A DNA stretch of 64,000 nt from positions 744,001 through 808,000 of the forward strand of contig PS015010.1 in assembly GCA_048213135.1 (NCBI GenBank). Reading direction: 5' to 3'. Of this stretch, positions 38,873 through 50,859 are shown one piece after another. How positions within the stretch are numbered: position 1 is the stretch's first letter; each line of letters starts with the position of its first letter. Made by a program: the position numbers and the translations under genes. Source of the DNA: Reclinomonas americana ATCC 50394 (taxonomy: Eukaryota). A model generated the notes under the pieces. That model did no database searches. It was not told where the DNA came from and saw only the letters and a program-made list of their open reading frames with translations.

Positions 38873-39598
38873 TCAGATCGATTGCAGGGTAGCGATGATG
38901 CTGCGCACTTCTTCCTCATCCAGCGCAACGCTTTTCATTTTCTCCTGCATGGCCTCATTCTGGTAACTCATGGAACTATCGATGTTGGTCCTGGCGGAAG
39001 TATGAAACTCAACGGCGCCGGTCTGTTGGGCTAGGGCGGCGATATTATCGGCCCGCACACCACTGCCCGGCATAATGATGAGCCTGTCCCCGGCTTTCTG
39101 CATCAGTTCTGCAATCAGCGGGGCACCTTCCATCGCGTTGGGTCGCTGGCCGCTGGTCAGTATTCTTTCACAACCTATGCTGATGATATCTTCCAATGCC
39201 CGGAACGGATCGGCTGCTCTGTCAAAAGCCCGGTGAAAGGTAACACCCATCGGGTAAGCGAGTTCCACGAGGCGGGCGCAGCGTTCTTTATCCACGGTCC
39301 CGCCTGCATGCAGCATACCGATCACCACACCATCACAACCCAACTGTTTGCAAACCTCCACATCAGACTGCATCGTCCGCCATTCATCTGTTGTATACAG
39401 GAAGTCGCCGCCACGTGGCCTGATGATGGGATACAACTCCCCGTCAAATATTTTCCTGGCAGATTGAATGAAACCATAGGATGGCGTGGTACCACCTTCC
39501 CCGGGATTGTCGCACAACTCAATACGGTGTGCGCCCAAAGCCTGTGCCTGGCGGCAACTTTCCAATGTAAAACCGATAAGCTCTAATTTAAAATCCAC
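38873..39598 (-). CDS. cutC: CutC family protein
   Basis: RIELC, GGTTPS, IRPRGGDF, TFHRAFD and RILTSG motifs. GTG start. Confidence 0.95.
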   Translation of the reverse strand: MDFKLELIGFTLESCRQAQALGAHRIELCDNPGEGGTTPSYGFIQSARKIFDGELYPIIRPRGGDFLYTTDEWRTMQSDVEVCKQLGCDGVVIGMLHAGGTVDKERCARLVELAYPMGVTFHRAFDRAADPFRALEDIISIGCERILTSGQRPNAMEGAPLIAELMQKAGDRLIIMPGSGVRADNIAALAQQTGAVEFHTSARTNIDSSMSYQNEAMQEKMKSVALDEEEVRSIIATLQSI

Positions 39599-39604
39599 GG
39601 TGAT

Positions 39605-39821
39605 GATTACTAATTACTAATTATGAATTTTATCCTGAACGGAGTGAAGGATCTCATTCGCTGCGAAGACTTTATTATCATTAACTACCAGCCTGGCTTC
39701 CGGGTATCATTCGCTGGTCAGAGACCAGGCGAGGAGCCAATCATGTCCTGAGCGCAGCGAAGGATCTTCATACTCATATCTTCACATTCGCATATCCACA
39801 CATCCGCACATTCTCTCATTC
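39605..39821. repeat. Intra-operon spacer containing four repeat families
   Basis: Heptamer tract 39605-39629, GGATCT-type half repeats at 39631 and 39744, a REP core at 39711-39732 and an 8-mer tract at 39764-39821. Confidence 0.75.
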
Positions 39822-40835
39822 TCAAATCAAATATTTCGCTTCATACATCTTACTCTCGGTGCCTGTTTTTACACTGTAACTAAATCCTTTTTGTATCGCG
39901 TAAGCGCCGAACTGTCCTTTTTTGTTGAGGGCGAGAAAACCCACCTGCAGTGTTTTTGCTTTAACAGGATCGCGTTTTACAATACGCTGAACGGCTTTCT
40001 TACAGGCCATTTCCGGGCTCAGGCCCTGGCGCATAAGTTCCACTACCAGGTGAGTGCCGCAGATGCGGATCACTTCTTCGCCCAATCCGCTGCTGGTGGC
40101 GGCGCCTACTTCATTATCTACAAACAGCCCCGCGCCAATGATGGGCGAATCACCCACGCGGCCATGCAGTTTGAAAGCCATACCGCTGGTGGTTACCGCG
40201 CCGGAAAGATCGCTGTTGCTGTCCATGGCGAGTATGCCCATTGTATCGTGGTTGGGACTGCCATCATCAAAAAAAGACGGCGCAAAAGGGCCATTGCTTT
40301 TTTTACTTTCAATATTGATCACGGGTTTGTATTCACTTTTCTTCAGCCATTCCGCATAGGCTTTTTTCGCGTCAGGAGACAATTCCCCGCTTTCGAGAGG
40401 GAACCCATTCTCCACGGCAAACTGTTGTGCGCCGGCGCCTACGAGTATCACATGCGGGGTTTTCTCCATCACTTTACGGGCAACGGCCACCGGGTGCTTG
40501 ATGCGTTCTATACCGGCCACGGCGCCAATATTGGCCTTCTCATCCATAATGCAGGCGTCGAGCGTTACAATGCCATCACGATCGGGATAGCCATCAAGTC
40601 CCACGCAGCAGCTGGGCTGGTTCTCGATATAAATGCCCGCGGCTTCAATGGCATCAATAGCCTTGCCTTTGGCTGATAATATTTTCCAGCCTTCTTCATT
40701 CATCGTCCTGCCATCCCAGGTGCTGATCATAATGGGGCGGTTACCGCCTTCCCAGTTGGCCGACATCGCTTTGCCTGCAGCCAGCAGGGGAGCGGTCATG
40801 GCTGAAAGCCGGAGGAATTTTCTTCTGTTGAGCAT
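39822..40835 (-). CDS. N(4)-(beta-N-acetylglucosaminyl)-L-asparaginase (glycosylasparaginase)
   Basis: Tat signal RRKFL, PDRDG.VTLDACIM, HDTMG autocleavage site and GRVGDSPIIGAG. Confidence 0.93.
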   Translation of the reverse strand: MLNRRKFLRLSAMTAPLLAAGKAMSANWEGGNRPIMISTWDGRTMNEEGWKILSAKGKAIDAIEAAGIYIENQPSCCVGLDGYPDRDGIVTLDACIMDEKANIGAVAGIERIKHPVAVARKVMEKTPHVILVGAGAQQFAVENGFPLESGELSPDAKKAYAEWLKKSEYKPVINIESKKSNGPFAPSFFDDGSPNHDTMGILAMDSNSDLSGAVTTSGMAFKLHGRVGDSPIIGAGLFVDNEVGAATSSGLGEEVIRICGTHLVVELMRQGLSPEMACKKAVQRIVKRDPVKAKTLQVGFLALNKKGQFGAYAIQKGFSYSVKTGTESKMYEAKYLI

Positions 40836-40928
40836 GGGTTGTTTTTTGATTACCAGCGGTATATCCCTGTTCAGCTGCAGTGGCGTCGCACTCTTGTACA
40901 GCGGTACCCGGCCGGCCGGTTATTATGA

Positions 40929-42314
<1,386 letters not shown>

Positions 42315-42335
42315 TTATAGCAATCGTTGAATGGT

Positions 42336-42641
42336 TTACTTATGAATGGACAGCTTTCGTATCATATCCGCGCTGATGTCTTCGGCATATACACCATAAG
42401 CGCTGGTGAGTGTGCCTTTGATGCCGCCGTCTTTTGATTCCACGGCATACACTATGTCCTGGTCGTCGGGATTGGTATCGCCCTCAAAGCGGTATACTTC
42501 GGTGATCTCGAACTCGTCGGGGTTCAGGCAGGCTCCCGTTGCACTGCAGGCCAGCTTGTCGAAGGCGATATTAAAATCAAGGGTGTAACCTTTTTGTTTT
42601 AAGCCATTAAGAGCGGCTACAACGGTCTCATAATTTTCCAT
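42336..42641 (-). CDS. Conserved small Bacteroidota protein of unknown function
   Basis: GYTLDF...YRFEGDTNPDD..IVYAV...KG.L..AYG pattern. Confidence 0.8.
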   Translation of the reverse strand: MENYETVVAALNGLKQKGYTLDFNIAFDKLACSATGACLNPDEFEITEVYRFEGDTNPDDQDIVYAVESKDGGIKGTLTSAYGVYAEDISADMIRKLSIHK

Positions 42642-42839
42642 ACCCGGTATTTTGGATGAAGTTAATAAACAATTGATAACAGACGGCTGGCGGGCGCCAA
42701 TTCCTTCTGTAATAACCCCTGATTAGTAATAAATAATAATTTGTTGGTAAATTGCAGGATTAACAATGGCCGGTAACCTATTGCCGGTCAGCAGGAAAAC
42801 GGCAGGGAGAGCCCTCCGTTGTATTATTAAATCAGCTAT

Positions 42840-44903
42840 ATGAGCAAAAACAAAAAGCCCGGTAAGAAGATAACACAGACGGCTGTGTTAAAAGGAAAAC
42901 TGGACATATCAAGAAGCGGCATGGGATTCGTGATCGTGGAGGGGCTTGAACAGGATATTATTGTTCGTCCGAATGACTTCAACCGTGCCTTTAACGGGGA
43001 CATGGTAAGGGTGGAAGTACCTAAAAACCAGCCCCGGGGCAAAAGGACCGAAGGGGTAATCGTAGATGTTATTGAAAGAAAACAAACCGAATTTGTAGGC
43101 AGCCTCCAGGCGGGGAAAGGATTCGCCTTTTTTATACCCGCTTCTGAAAAACCCATCCCTGATTTTTACATCACACCCGATAAAATGAATGGCGCCGTGG
43201 GCGGCGACAGGGTAGTGGTTAAATTACTGCGCTGGGACAAAGGCGATAAAAAACCACAGGGCGAAGTGGTGGCTGTATTAAAAGCAGAAGACGCCAATGA
43301 TATGGCCATGAAGGAAACCCTGGTGGAAGCCGGTTTTCCGCTGGCATTTGGAGATGATGTGATGGAAGCGGCTGAAAGGCTGTCGCCTGCCATCACCCGC
43401 GAAGAACTCAAAAAAAGAAAGGATTGCCGCGACATCCTCACGTTCACCATCGATCCCATCGATGCCAAAGATTTCGATGACGCTATTTCCATCCGCAATC
43501 TCGATAATGGCAATTACGAGATCGGTGTACATATCGCCGATGTGAGTCATTTTGTTACACCCGGCTCCATACTGGATAAGTCAGCCTACGAACGGGCCAC
43601 CAGCGTGTACCTGCCCGACAGGGTAAACCCTATGCTGCCGGAAAAAATATCCAATGAGCTGTGTTCCCTTCGCCCGCACGAAGACAAGTATACTTTTTCC
43701 GTGATCTTCCAGATCAACAACAGGGCCGAGATCAAACACAGCTGGATTGGACGTACCGTCATACACAGTAATCACCGCTTCACTTATGAAGAAGTGCAGG
43801 ACATCATTGAAAAGAAAGATGGCCTTCATCATAAAGCCATCCTTTTACTGAACGACCTGGCGCAACAGTTCAGGAAACAGCGTTTTAAAGCAGGTGCCAT
43901 CAATTTCTCTTCACAGGAAGTACGTTTCCAGCTGGATGAGAAGGGCAAACCCATTGGGATTATTGTAAAGGAAAGCAAGGAAGCGCACAAACTCATTGAA
44001 GAGTTCATGCTGCTGGCCAACCGTACTGTAGCGGCCTATGTATCCAAAATAAAGATCAACAAAGAACCGATACCATTCCCTTACCGCATACACGACACGC
44101 CGGATGATGAAAAGCTGAAACCCTTTGTGGCCTTTGCCAAAAAGTTCGGTTACCAGTTTGACATGCATGATGAAATAGCTGTGGCTAAATCGTTCAACAA
44201 ACTGCTGAAAGATGTGGAAGGCAAACCAGAACAGCATGTGCTGGAACAACTGGGTATCCGCACCATGGCCAAAGCCATCTACACTTCCGAAAATATCGGG
44301 CACTATGGTTTGGGTTTTGAACATTACTGCCACTTTACATCGCCCATCCGCCGCTACCCCGATGTGATGGTGCACCGCATCGTTCAGGAGTGTATTGACA
44401 AGAACATCAGGCCCGATAAAAAGATGGAGGACAAGTGCCGCCATTGCAGTGAAAGAGAAAGGAAAGCGATGGAAGCCGAACGGTCGGGCAATAAATACAA
44501 ACAGGTGGAATTTATGCAGAACTACCTGGGTGAGGTGTTTGACGGGATCATCAGTGGTGTGGCCTCTTTTGGTTTCTTCGTGGAAACGGTACAATATAAA
44601 TGCGAGGGCATGGTTACCGTTCGCGACCTGGCGGAATATGATGACTATCGCCTGGACGAGGCCGATTATGCCCTGGTGGGATTGCATACCAAACATAAGT
44701 TTCGTATGGGCGACGCCGTTAGGATACGCATAGTAGCCGCTAATCTTGAAAAACGACAACTGGATTATGAATGGGTTCCTTCCAAACAGGCACCCGCAGG
44801 CAATAAACCAAGGCCGAAAGTTGTTACCAGCAAAGAAAGGAAACGGGATAAAGGTAAACTGCCTGCTTCCGGTAAAGCCAAACCCGTTAAAAAGAAAAAA
44901 TAA
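42840..44903 (+). CDS. rnr: Ribonuclease R
   Basis: Cold-shock domains, TIDPIDAKDFDDA, HIADVSH, HFTSPIRRYPD, an S1 domain and a basic tail. Confidence 0.95.
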   Translation: MSKNKKPGKKITQTAVLKGKLDISRSGMGFVIVEGLEQDIIVRPNDFNRAFNGDMVRVEVPKNQPRGKRTEGVIVDVIERKQTEFVGSLQAGKGFAFFIPASEKPIPDFYITPDKMNGAVGGDRVVVKLLRWDKGDKKPQGEVVAVLKAEDANDMAMKETLVEAGFPLAFGDDVMEAAERLSPAITREELKKRKDCRDILTFTIDPIDAKDFDDAISIRNLDNGNYEIGVHIADVSHFVTPGSILDKSAYERATSVYLPDRVNPMLPEKISNELCSLRPHEDKYTFSVIFQINNRAEIKHSWIGRTVIHSNHRFTYEEVQDIIEKKDGLHHKAILLLNDLAQQFRKQRFKAGAINFSSQEVRFQLDEKGKPIGIIVKESKEAHKLIEEFMLLANRTVAAYVSKIKINKEPIPFPYRIHDTPDDEKLKPFVAFAKKFGYQFDMHDEIAVAKSFNKLLKDVEGKPEQHVLEQLGIRTMAKAIYTSENIGHYGLGFEHYCHFTSPIRRYPDVMVHRIVQECIDKNIRPDKKMEDKCRHCSERERKAMEAERSGNKYKQVEFMQNYLGEVFDGIISGVASFGFFVETVQYKCEGMVTVRDLAEYDDYRLDEADYALVGLHTKHKFRMGDAVRIRIVAANLEKRQLDYEWVPSKQAPAGNKPRPKVVTSKERKRDKGKLPASGKAKPVKKKK

Positions 44904-44945
44904 TATTACTCAATACCACTAATTATATTCATTATAAAGGGCAAC

Positions 44946-45911
44946 ATGCAGTCATTCAGGGATTTTTCAAAACAGTTCGAAGAAAGGTTCAACACCCGTC
45001 ATTTTCCTTCACATACAGCCAGCCTGTACGATCCTGCGCAGTATATACTGGCGCTGGGAGGCAAAAGGGTGCGGCCGGTATGTGTGCTTATGGGCAATGA
45101 ATTGTTCGGCGATATTAATCCCGATGCCTGGGAAGTGGGCACAGCTATAGAGTTGTTTCATAACTTCAGCCTCATACATGATGACATTATGGATAAGGCC
45201 CCGCTGCGCCGTGGCATGGAGACCGTTCATACCCGTTACGGTGAATCTACCGCGCTGCTTGCCGGAGATGTGATGCTGGTGGTGGCTTACGATTACCTGA
45301 ATAAGATCAGGCCCGACTACCTTCCCAAAGTGATCAGTGTATTCAACAACACGGCCAAAGAAGTATGTGAAGGGCAGCAGATCGATATGGATTTTGAGAA
45401 AACAGAGGTTGTAAGTACCGAGGACTATGTGCGGATGATCACATTGAAAACATCCGTATTGCTGGCAGCCAGCCTGCAGTTGGGTGCTATACTCGGTGGA
45501 GCGGGAGAGGGCAACCAGCAACATCTCTACGAGTTTGGTAAAAACCTGGGCATCGCCTTCCAGGTGCAGGACGACTATCTTGATGCATTTGGCGACCCGG
45601 AAAAATTCGGCAAACAGGTGGGGGGCGACATCCTCTCTAATAAGAAGACCTTTCTCATGATCCATGCCCTGGAAACAGCAACCACAGCGCAACAGGCCGA
45701 ACTGAAGCAACTGATGCAAACCAACCCGGCTGATAAAGTGGAAAAGGTATTGCAGATTTTCCGCGACTGCAGGGTAGACGCCTGGGCAAGGGAACTGAAA
45801 GAAAAATACCTGCAGACCGCCCTGCAGCACCTCGAAGATATTGCAGTCCTATCTGCACGCAAGCAGCCCTTAAAAGAACTGGCAGGATACCTCATTCAGC
45901 GGGATCATTAA
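44946..45911 (+). CDS. Polyprenyl diphosphate synthase (IspA/GGPPS-like)
   Basis: GGKRVRP, LIHDDIMD..LRRG and FQVQDDYLD motifs. Confidence 0.93.
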   Translation: MQSFRDFSKQFEERFNTRHFPSHTASLYDPAQYILALGGKRVRPVCVLMGNELFGDINPDAWEVGTAIELFHNFSLIHDDIMDKAPLRRGMETVHTRYGESTALLAGDVMLVVAYDYLNKIRPDYLPKVISVFNNTAKEVCEGQQIDMDFEKTEVVSTEDYVRMITLKTSVLLAASLQLGAILGGAGEGNQQHLYEFGKNLGIAFQVQDDYLDAFGDPEKFGKQVGGDILSNKKTFLMIHALETATTAQQAELKQLMQTNPADKVEKVLQIFRDCRVDAWARELKEKYLQTALQHLEDIAVLSARKQPLKELAGYLIQRDH

Positions 45912-45916
45912 TGGGA

Positions 45917-46072
45917 TTACAAACTGATCGTCCGTTGCAGGTTAAGCTGCGCCAGGAAACGCTGATCATGTGATACAACGATAAGTGTACCCTGGTAGTC
46001 GTTTACCGCTGCCGTCAATATTTCCATATTCTGAATATCTAAATTGTTGGTAGGCTCATCCAGTATGATCAT
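45917..46072 (-). pseudogene. C-terminal remnant of an ABC-F ATPase
   Basis: Hand translation MIILDEPTNNLDIQNMEILTAAVNDYQGTLIVVSHDQRFLAQLNLQRTISL* contains Walker B, D-loop and H-loop but no Walker A or signature motif. Confidence 0.8.
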
Positions 46073-46201
46073 GCCGGTTTTTTTCGTTGTGTTGCATCGC
46101 TCCCGGCGAAGCCTTTTCCGTATAAACCGATATTTTGTAATTCGTAATTCACAATTATCCTGCCTTTTGCTTAATTTCCCAGTTGTTAAACCAAAACCAA
46201 C

Positions 46202-47977
46202 ATGTCCAATTCTTTATTCCGCACAAAGAAAATTGAGAATATTGTAGCTGAAGGAAGCGATGATCCGCATGGAGGGGGTGGCCTCAAAAGGGTGCTCAGC
46301 ATGCGTGACCTTACTTTCTTCGGCATCGCGGCCATCCTCGGCGCCGGGAGCTTCAGCAGCCTGGGCGGGGCCGTATTCAACGGAGGCCCGGGCGTAGTAA
46401 TCCTCTTCATCATTACCGCCATAGCCTGTGCCTTTACCGCGTTCTGTTATTCCGAATTCGCCAGTCGTATACCCGTTGCCGGTAGTGCCTACACCTATGC
46501 TTATGCCAGCTTTGGTGAATTATTCGCGTGGATCATTGGTTGGGCGCTGATCATGGAATATTCTATTGGCAATATTTACGTGGCGTACAGCTGGAGTGAC
46601 TATTTCACCTCCTTCCTGGATAAACTGGGTGAATCCATGCATGTGAACCTGCACATCCCTGAATACCTTTCTACCAGTTATATGGAAGCCAAAGATGCCA
46701 TTGCCGATGGCAGCACGAACCCTTCCGTTCTGGCCGCGTGGAATGGAGCGCCCATGATCGGGGGACTGCGTATCATTCTCGATCTGCCTGCTATCATCAT
46801 CAACCTGCTCATTACTTATCTTGTATACCGGGGCATTAAGGAAAGCCGCAACTTCAGTAACCTGATGGTTATACTCAAATTGGCCGTAGTGGGACTGATC
46901 ATACTTGTAGGCGGTTACCTGGTTTTCTCCAACGGGCTTACCTTTAATTGGACACCCGCCAATGATGAAGGCGTACATTCCTTTATGCCCAACGGATTCG
47001 GGGGTGTGATGGCAGCGGTGAGTGGTGTGTTCTTCGCCTATATCGGTTTCGACGCGGTGAGTGTACTCGCCGAAGAAAGTAAGAACCCGCAACGCGATCT
47101 GCCCCGTGGCATGATCCTTTCACTGGTAGTTTGTACAACCATATACATATTGTTGACACTTGTACTCACCGGTGCTGTACATTATAAGAACTTTGATGGC
47201 GTAGGCGATCCGCTGGCATTTATTTTTGAGAAGCAGAACCTGAACGTTGGCTGGATGCAGTTCCTGGTATCCATTTGTGCCGTAATTGCCATGACAAGCG
47301 TATTGCTGGTATTCCAGATGGGACAGCCCCGCATATGGATGAGCATGAGCCGCGATGGCCTGCTGCCACCCGTATTCCAGAAAATACACCCGAAATTCAA
47401 GACCCCGTCATTTTCAACTATCATTACCGGTTTGGTAGTAGGTGTGCCTATCCTGTTCACCGATAAAACTTTTGTACTCGACTTTACCAGCATCGCCACA
47501 TTGTTTGCTTTTGTGCTGGTGTGCGGAGGTGTATTGCTGATACCCCGGCAGGAAAAACAACCAGGCCGTTTCAATATGCCTTATATCAATGGCCAGTTCA
47601 TTTTCCCCGTCATCGTAGTAGGGGCCATTATCCTTGCTTCCAGCCTTTCAAAATCCTATTTTGCCAATCTCTTCCATTTTGATTTCAGCAACAATGCTGA
47701 TTATACAGCCGGCAAGATCAGTTTTATGGATGCCGCCACACCGCAGATATCGCTGATCGTTTTCTGGTGCAGCGCCATCCTGCTGGCGGTTATGGCATTC
47801 ATTAAAAAATATTCGCTGATACCGCTGATGGGACTCATCACTTGTATGTACCTGCTTACCGGTATGACCAAGAGCAACTGGGCCTGGTTCCTGGGATGGC
47901 TGCTTATTGGCCTCGTGATCTATTTTATTTACGGATATAAAAAGAGCAGGCTGGCACAGCAATCCGCGGCTGCTTAA
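46202..47977 (+). CDS. APC family amino acid permease
   Basis: YSEFASRIPVAGSAYTY, FFAYIGFDAVS..AEESKNPQRDLP and MSRDGLLP motifs. Confidence 0.94.
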   Translation: MSNSLFRTKKIENIVAEGSDDPHGGGGLKRVLSMRDLTFFGIAAILGAGSFSSLGGAVFNGGPGVVILFIITAIACAFTAFCYSEFASRIPVAGSAYTYAYASFGELFAWIIGWALIMEYSIGNIYVAYSWSDYFTSFLDKLGESMHVNLHIPEYLSTSYMEAKDAIADGSTNPSVLAAWNGAPMIGGLRIILDLPAIIINLLITYLVYRGIKESRNFSNLMVILKLAVVGLIILVGGYLVFSNGLTFNWTPANDEGVHSFMPNGFGGVMAAVSGVFFAYIGFDAVSVLAEESKNPQRDLPRGMILSLVVCTTIYILLTLVLTGAVHYKNFDGVGDPLAFIFEKQNLNVGWMQFLVSICAVIAMTSVLLVFQMGQPRIWMSMSRDGLLPPVFQKIHPKFKTPSFSTIITGLVVGVPILFTDKTFVLDFTSIATLFAFVLVCGGVLLIPRQEKQPGRFNMPYINGQFIFPVIVVGAIILASSLSKSYFANLFHFDFSNNADYTAGKISFMDAATPQISLIVFWCSAILLAVMAFIKKYSLIPLMGLITCMYLLTGMTKSNWAWFLGWLLIGLVIYFIYGYKKSRLAQQSAAA

Positions 47978-48001
47978 CGAACTGACTTTACCAACTATTA
48001 G

Positions 48002-48028
48002 ACCCCCGGCATGCCGGGGGTTTGTTTT
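48002..48028 (+). terminator. Intrinsic terminator
   Basis: ACCCCCGGC AT GCCGGGGGT followed by TTGTTTT. Confidence 0.8.
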
Positions 48029-48140
48029 AACCCCTAAGAGCGGAGGACGCAGAGATAACGCAATGGGTTTTCCTGTGTAATTCTGTGTGAATTACCGTTT
48101 AAGTATATTTGCAGCGGAAAACTGAAAGACAAAGAATTAT

Positions 48141-49163
48141 ATGAAATACGAAATAGGCGACAGGATACTGGTGTTGCTGACCAATGAAGAAGGCCGCGTG
48201 GTGGAGGTCATGAATGAAAAAATGGTGATGATCGAGGTGAAAGGTGTAAAATTTCCCGCTTACCTCGACCAGATCGACTTCCCTTACTTTAAACAATTCA
48301 CGGAACAGCGTAAGCAGCAGCAACAGGCGAAGAAGAAAGTGTATATCGATAATGTACAGAAAGAAGGTGTCCGGCCAAAGGAGCGGACAGGTAAGGGCGT
48401 ATCGCTTTCTTTCCTGCCGGTATTCAGTAAAGACATCTTTGACGATGAGGTGGTGGAGAAATTCAAATTGCACCTGGTAAATGAAAATACAGAAGCCTAC
48501 ACATTTACCTATGACCTGATCATCGGCGGTGAGAGCCAGTTCCAACTGAAGAATACCATTGAAGCCCAGTCAGACTTTTACCTGCACGACGTGGATTTTG
48601 AGGAACTGAGCGATAATCCCCGTTTTGATTTTGAGTTTAGCCAGAAAGAACCGGGCAAACGCAAAGCCCCTTTCCTGGAGTCTTCTCTCCGGTTGAAAGG
48701 GAAGCAGATCTTTAAAAAGATAGAAGAACTGCAGTTAAAAAATGAACCGCGTTTCGCTTACGGTCTTTTTGAAGATTACCCTGATAAAGTGGAGGAAGAA
48801 AAAGTGGATCTCAGCAAACTGGGTAATGCAGGTTTCAGGGTATACGACGCGTCAAGAGTAAGGGAACATATGGAACCCGCCCGTTCGGTAGTGGACCTGC
48901 ATGTTGAAAAACTGACCGACCGCTGGGAGCAACTCAGCAATTTCGACATCCTTACTTTACAACTCAAAACCTTCGAAAAATTTTATGACCTGGCGGTAGC
49001 CCACCGGCTGCCGGTACTCACCATCATTCACGGGGTGGGAGAGGGCAAGCTCCGCGACGAGATACATGAGCTGCTTCGGTATAAGAAAGAGGTAAAATCA
49101 TTTGTGAACCAGTACCATCACCTGTATGGTTACGGGGCTACGGAGATCTATTTTAATTCCTGA
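48141..49163 (+). CDS. Smr/MutS2-domain protein (DUF2027-like N-terminal part)
   Basis: C-terminal VDLH...IIHGVGEGKLR...YGYGAT Smr domain. A -7 box TATATTTG lies at 48104. Confidence 0.88.
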   Translation: MKYEIGDRILVLLTNEEGRVVEVMNEKMVMIEVKGVKFPAYLDQIDFPYFKQFTEQRKQQQQAKKKVYIDNVQKEGVRPKERTGKGVSLSFLPVFSKDIFDDEVVEKFKLHLVNENTEAYTFTYDLIIGGESQFQLKNTIEAQSDFYLHDVDFEELSDNPRFDFEFSQKEPGKRKAPFLESSLRLKGKQIFKKIEELQLKNEPRFAYGLFEDYPDKVEEEKVDLSKLGNAGFRVYDASRVREHMEPARSVVDLHVEKLTDRWEQLSNFDILTLQLKTFEKFYDLAVAHRLPVLTIIHGVGEGKLRDEIHELLRYKKEVKSFVNQYHHLYGYGATEIYFNS

Positions 49164-49190
49164 ATCGGGTAATTCCTGGTGCTTCTGGGA

Positions 49191-50171
49191 TCAATGTTTA
49201 TGTCTTCTTTTTTTGATCATGCCTCCCTTGGTATCTTTAACGCTGCTCATCACCACAAAAGCATTGGGATCGATACGTTTTAATTCGGTGTTGAGTTTGT
49301 TCAGCTCCAGGCGGGTGATCACAGTATAGATAATGTCGATGTCGCGTGTTTCGCCGGTCTTGCCATAACCGCTTTTCCCTTCATACAAAGTAACCCCCCG
49401 GCCCATTACATGAATGATCATTTCGCGGATCTCTTCACTGTGTGATGAAATGATGGTAACCGCCGTATATTCTTCAATACCCTCAATGATGAAGTCCAGT
49501 GTTTTGGAGGCCGCCAGGTAAGTGATCATGGAATAAAGCGCCGCTTCAATGGAGAGGAAATAGGCCGCGGTGGAAAAGATGATAATATTGATAACGATGA
49601 TGATGTCGCCCAGCGTGGTACCCAGTTTGCGGCTCAGGAAAATGGCAAGTACTTCAGTGCCATCAATAACAGCGCCTCCGCGAACTGCCAGCCCGATACC
49701 CGCGCCCAGGAAGAAGCCCCCGAAAACAGCGACCAGTAGCTTGTCATGCGTTACTTCGGGGAAATGAACGGTGGCCACGCAAATGGCTAAACCAGTAATG
49801 GCCAGTGCCGTTTTTATGGCAAATTCTTTACTCATGATCACATACCCCAGGAAAACGAAGGGGATATTGATAATGAGCAGGAGTACATAAAGTGGCAAGC
49901 CGGTGATCTCGGCAGTAAGCAGGGAGATGCCTGTGGCCCCGCCATCAATAAAATTACTCGGCAGTAAAAAACTCTCCAATCCAAACGCGGCAGATGCGAT
50001 CCCGGTGATCAACAGTACGATATCTTTCAACTGGCGGGCAACTACTATTTTCAGTTCCCTGAATCCTTTGGCCAGTTCAAAATCAGAATAAAATTCTTTC
50101 TGTCCGGGTAATTTTTTCTTTTCCTTAAAAATGATGCGTCTGACTAAGCGCGATAATATCGGTTTCATCAT
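49191..50171 (-). CDS. YitT family membrane protein
   Basis: FIDGGATG, INIPF, DGTEVLA, GRGVT and IDPNAF motifs. Confidence 0.92.
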   Translation of the reverse strand: MMKPILSRLVRRIIFKEKKKLPGQKEFYSDFELAKGFRELKIVVARQLKDIVLLITGIASAAFGLESFLLPSNFIDGGATGISLLTAEITGLPLYVLLLIINIPFVFLGYVIMSKEFAIKTALAITGLAICVATVHFPEVTHDKLLVAVFGGFFLGAGIGLAVRGGAVIDGTEVLAIFLSRKLGTTLGDIIIVINIIIFSTAAYFLSIEAALYSMITYLAASKTLDFIIEGIEEYTAVTIISSHSEEIREMIIHVMGRGVTLYEGKSGYGKTGETRDIDIIYTVITRLELNKLNTELKRIDPNAFVVMSSVKDTKGGMIKKRRHKH

Positions 50172-50247
50172 ACTATTTAAAGATACGGAAAGAATTACGG
50201 ATTACGGATTGGCATACATCGTAATATCGTGGAATTGAAATGTGCTC

Positions 50248-50859
50248 TTACCTGAAACGGGCAGATACGGTATAGCAAACTTTGTCATTGATGCGGTGAA
50301 GTATCTCTCCATTGATTTTATACAGCCTGCGTGCCTGGCGGCCCGTAACCAGGCGCCCGTCTTTATCAAAAGTCTGTTTCTGGTTGAAATAGGTAAGGAT
50401 ATAATACTGTTTGTACGTAAAAGGTGCATTCAGCGCGACAGGGCGCATGGAAATAAAAGTGAGCGATTGTTTTTTCTCATCGATATAGTAATCGAAATTG
50501 TTGACCCAGGTACAGCGTATGGAACGCATCAGTTTGGCCAGCGCCAGTACCTCGTTTACGTCAAGATCGTAGCGGGCAAGTGTAGGTCCCAGGTTAGGGT
50601 CGTCCAGGTCATATTCATAGATGTACGTCAGCGTATCTGTAATGATCTCGAAAGAGAGTGTCTTGAATTTCTTGTTGGTGAAGGCAATGGCGAATTCCCT
50701 TTTCTTATGCAGTTCCTTGTACGACTGTTCTATCTGGTCCAGTGTTTTCTCGTTCTCGTAATAAAAACGGGAGGAAATATTTTTTGGTGAGCAGGAGGCC
50801 AGCGCCAGCCATGCCAGTCCGCTGAATAAAGCGATATGAAAATAGTTTCTTTTAATCAT
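50248..50859 (-). CDS. Hypothetical lipoprotein
   Basis: MIKRNYFHIALFSGLAWLALASC lipobox. The start overlaps the upstream stop. Confidence 0.75.
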   Translation of the reverse strand: MIKRNYFHIALFSGLAWLALASCSPKNISSRFYYENEKTLDQIEQSYKELHKKREFAIAFTNKKFKTLSFEIITDTLTYIYEYDLDDPNLGPTLARYDLDVNEVLALAKLMRSIRCTWVNNFDYYIDEKKQSLTFISMRPVALNAPFTYKQYYILTYFNQKQTFDKDGRLVTGRQARRLYKINGEILHRINDKVCYTVSARFR

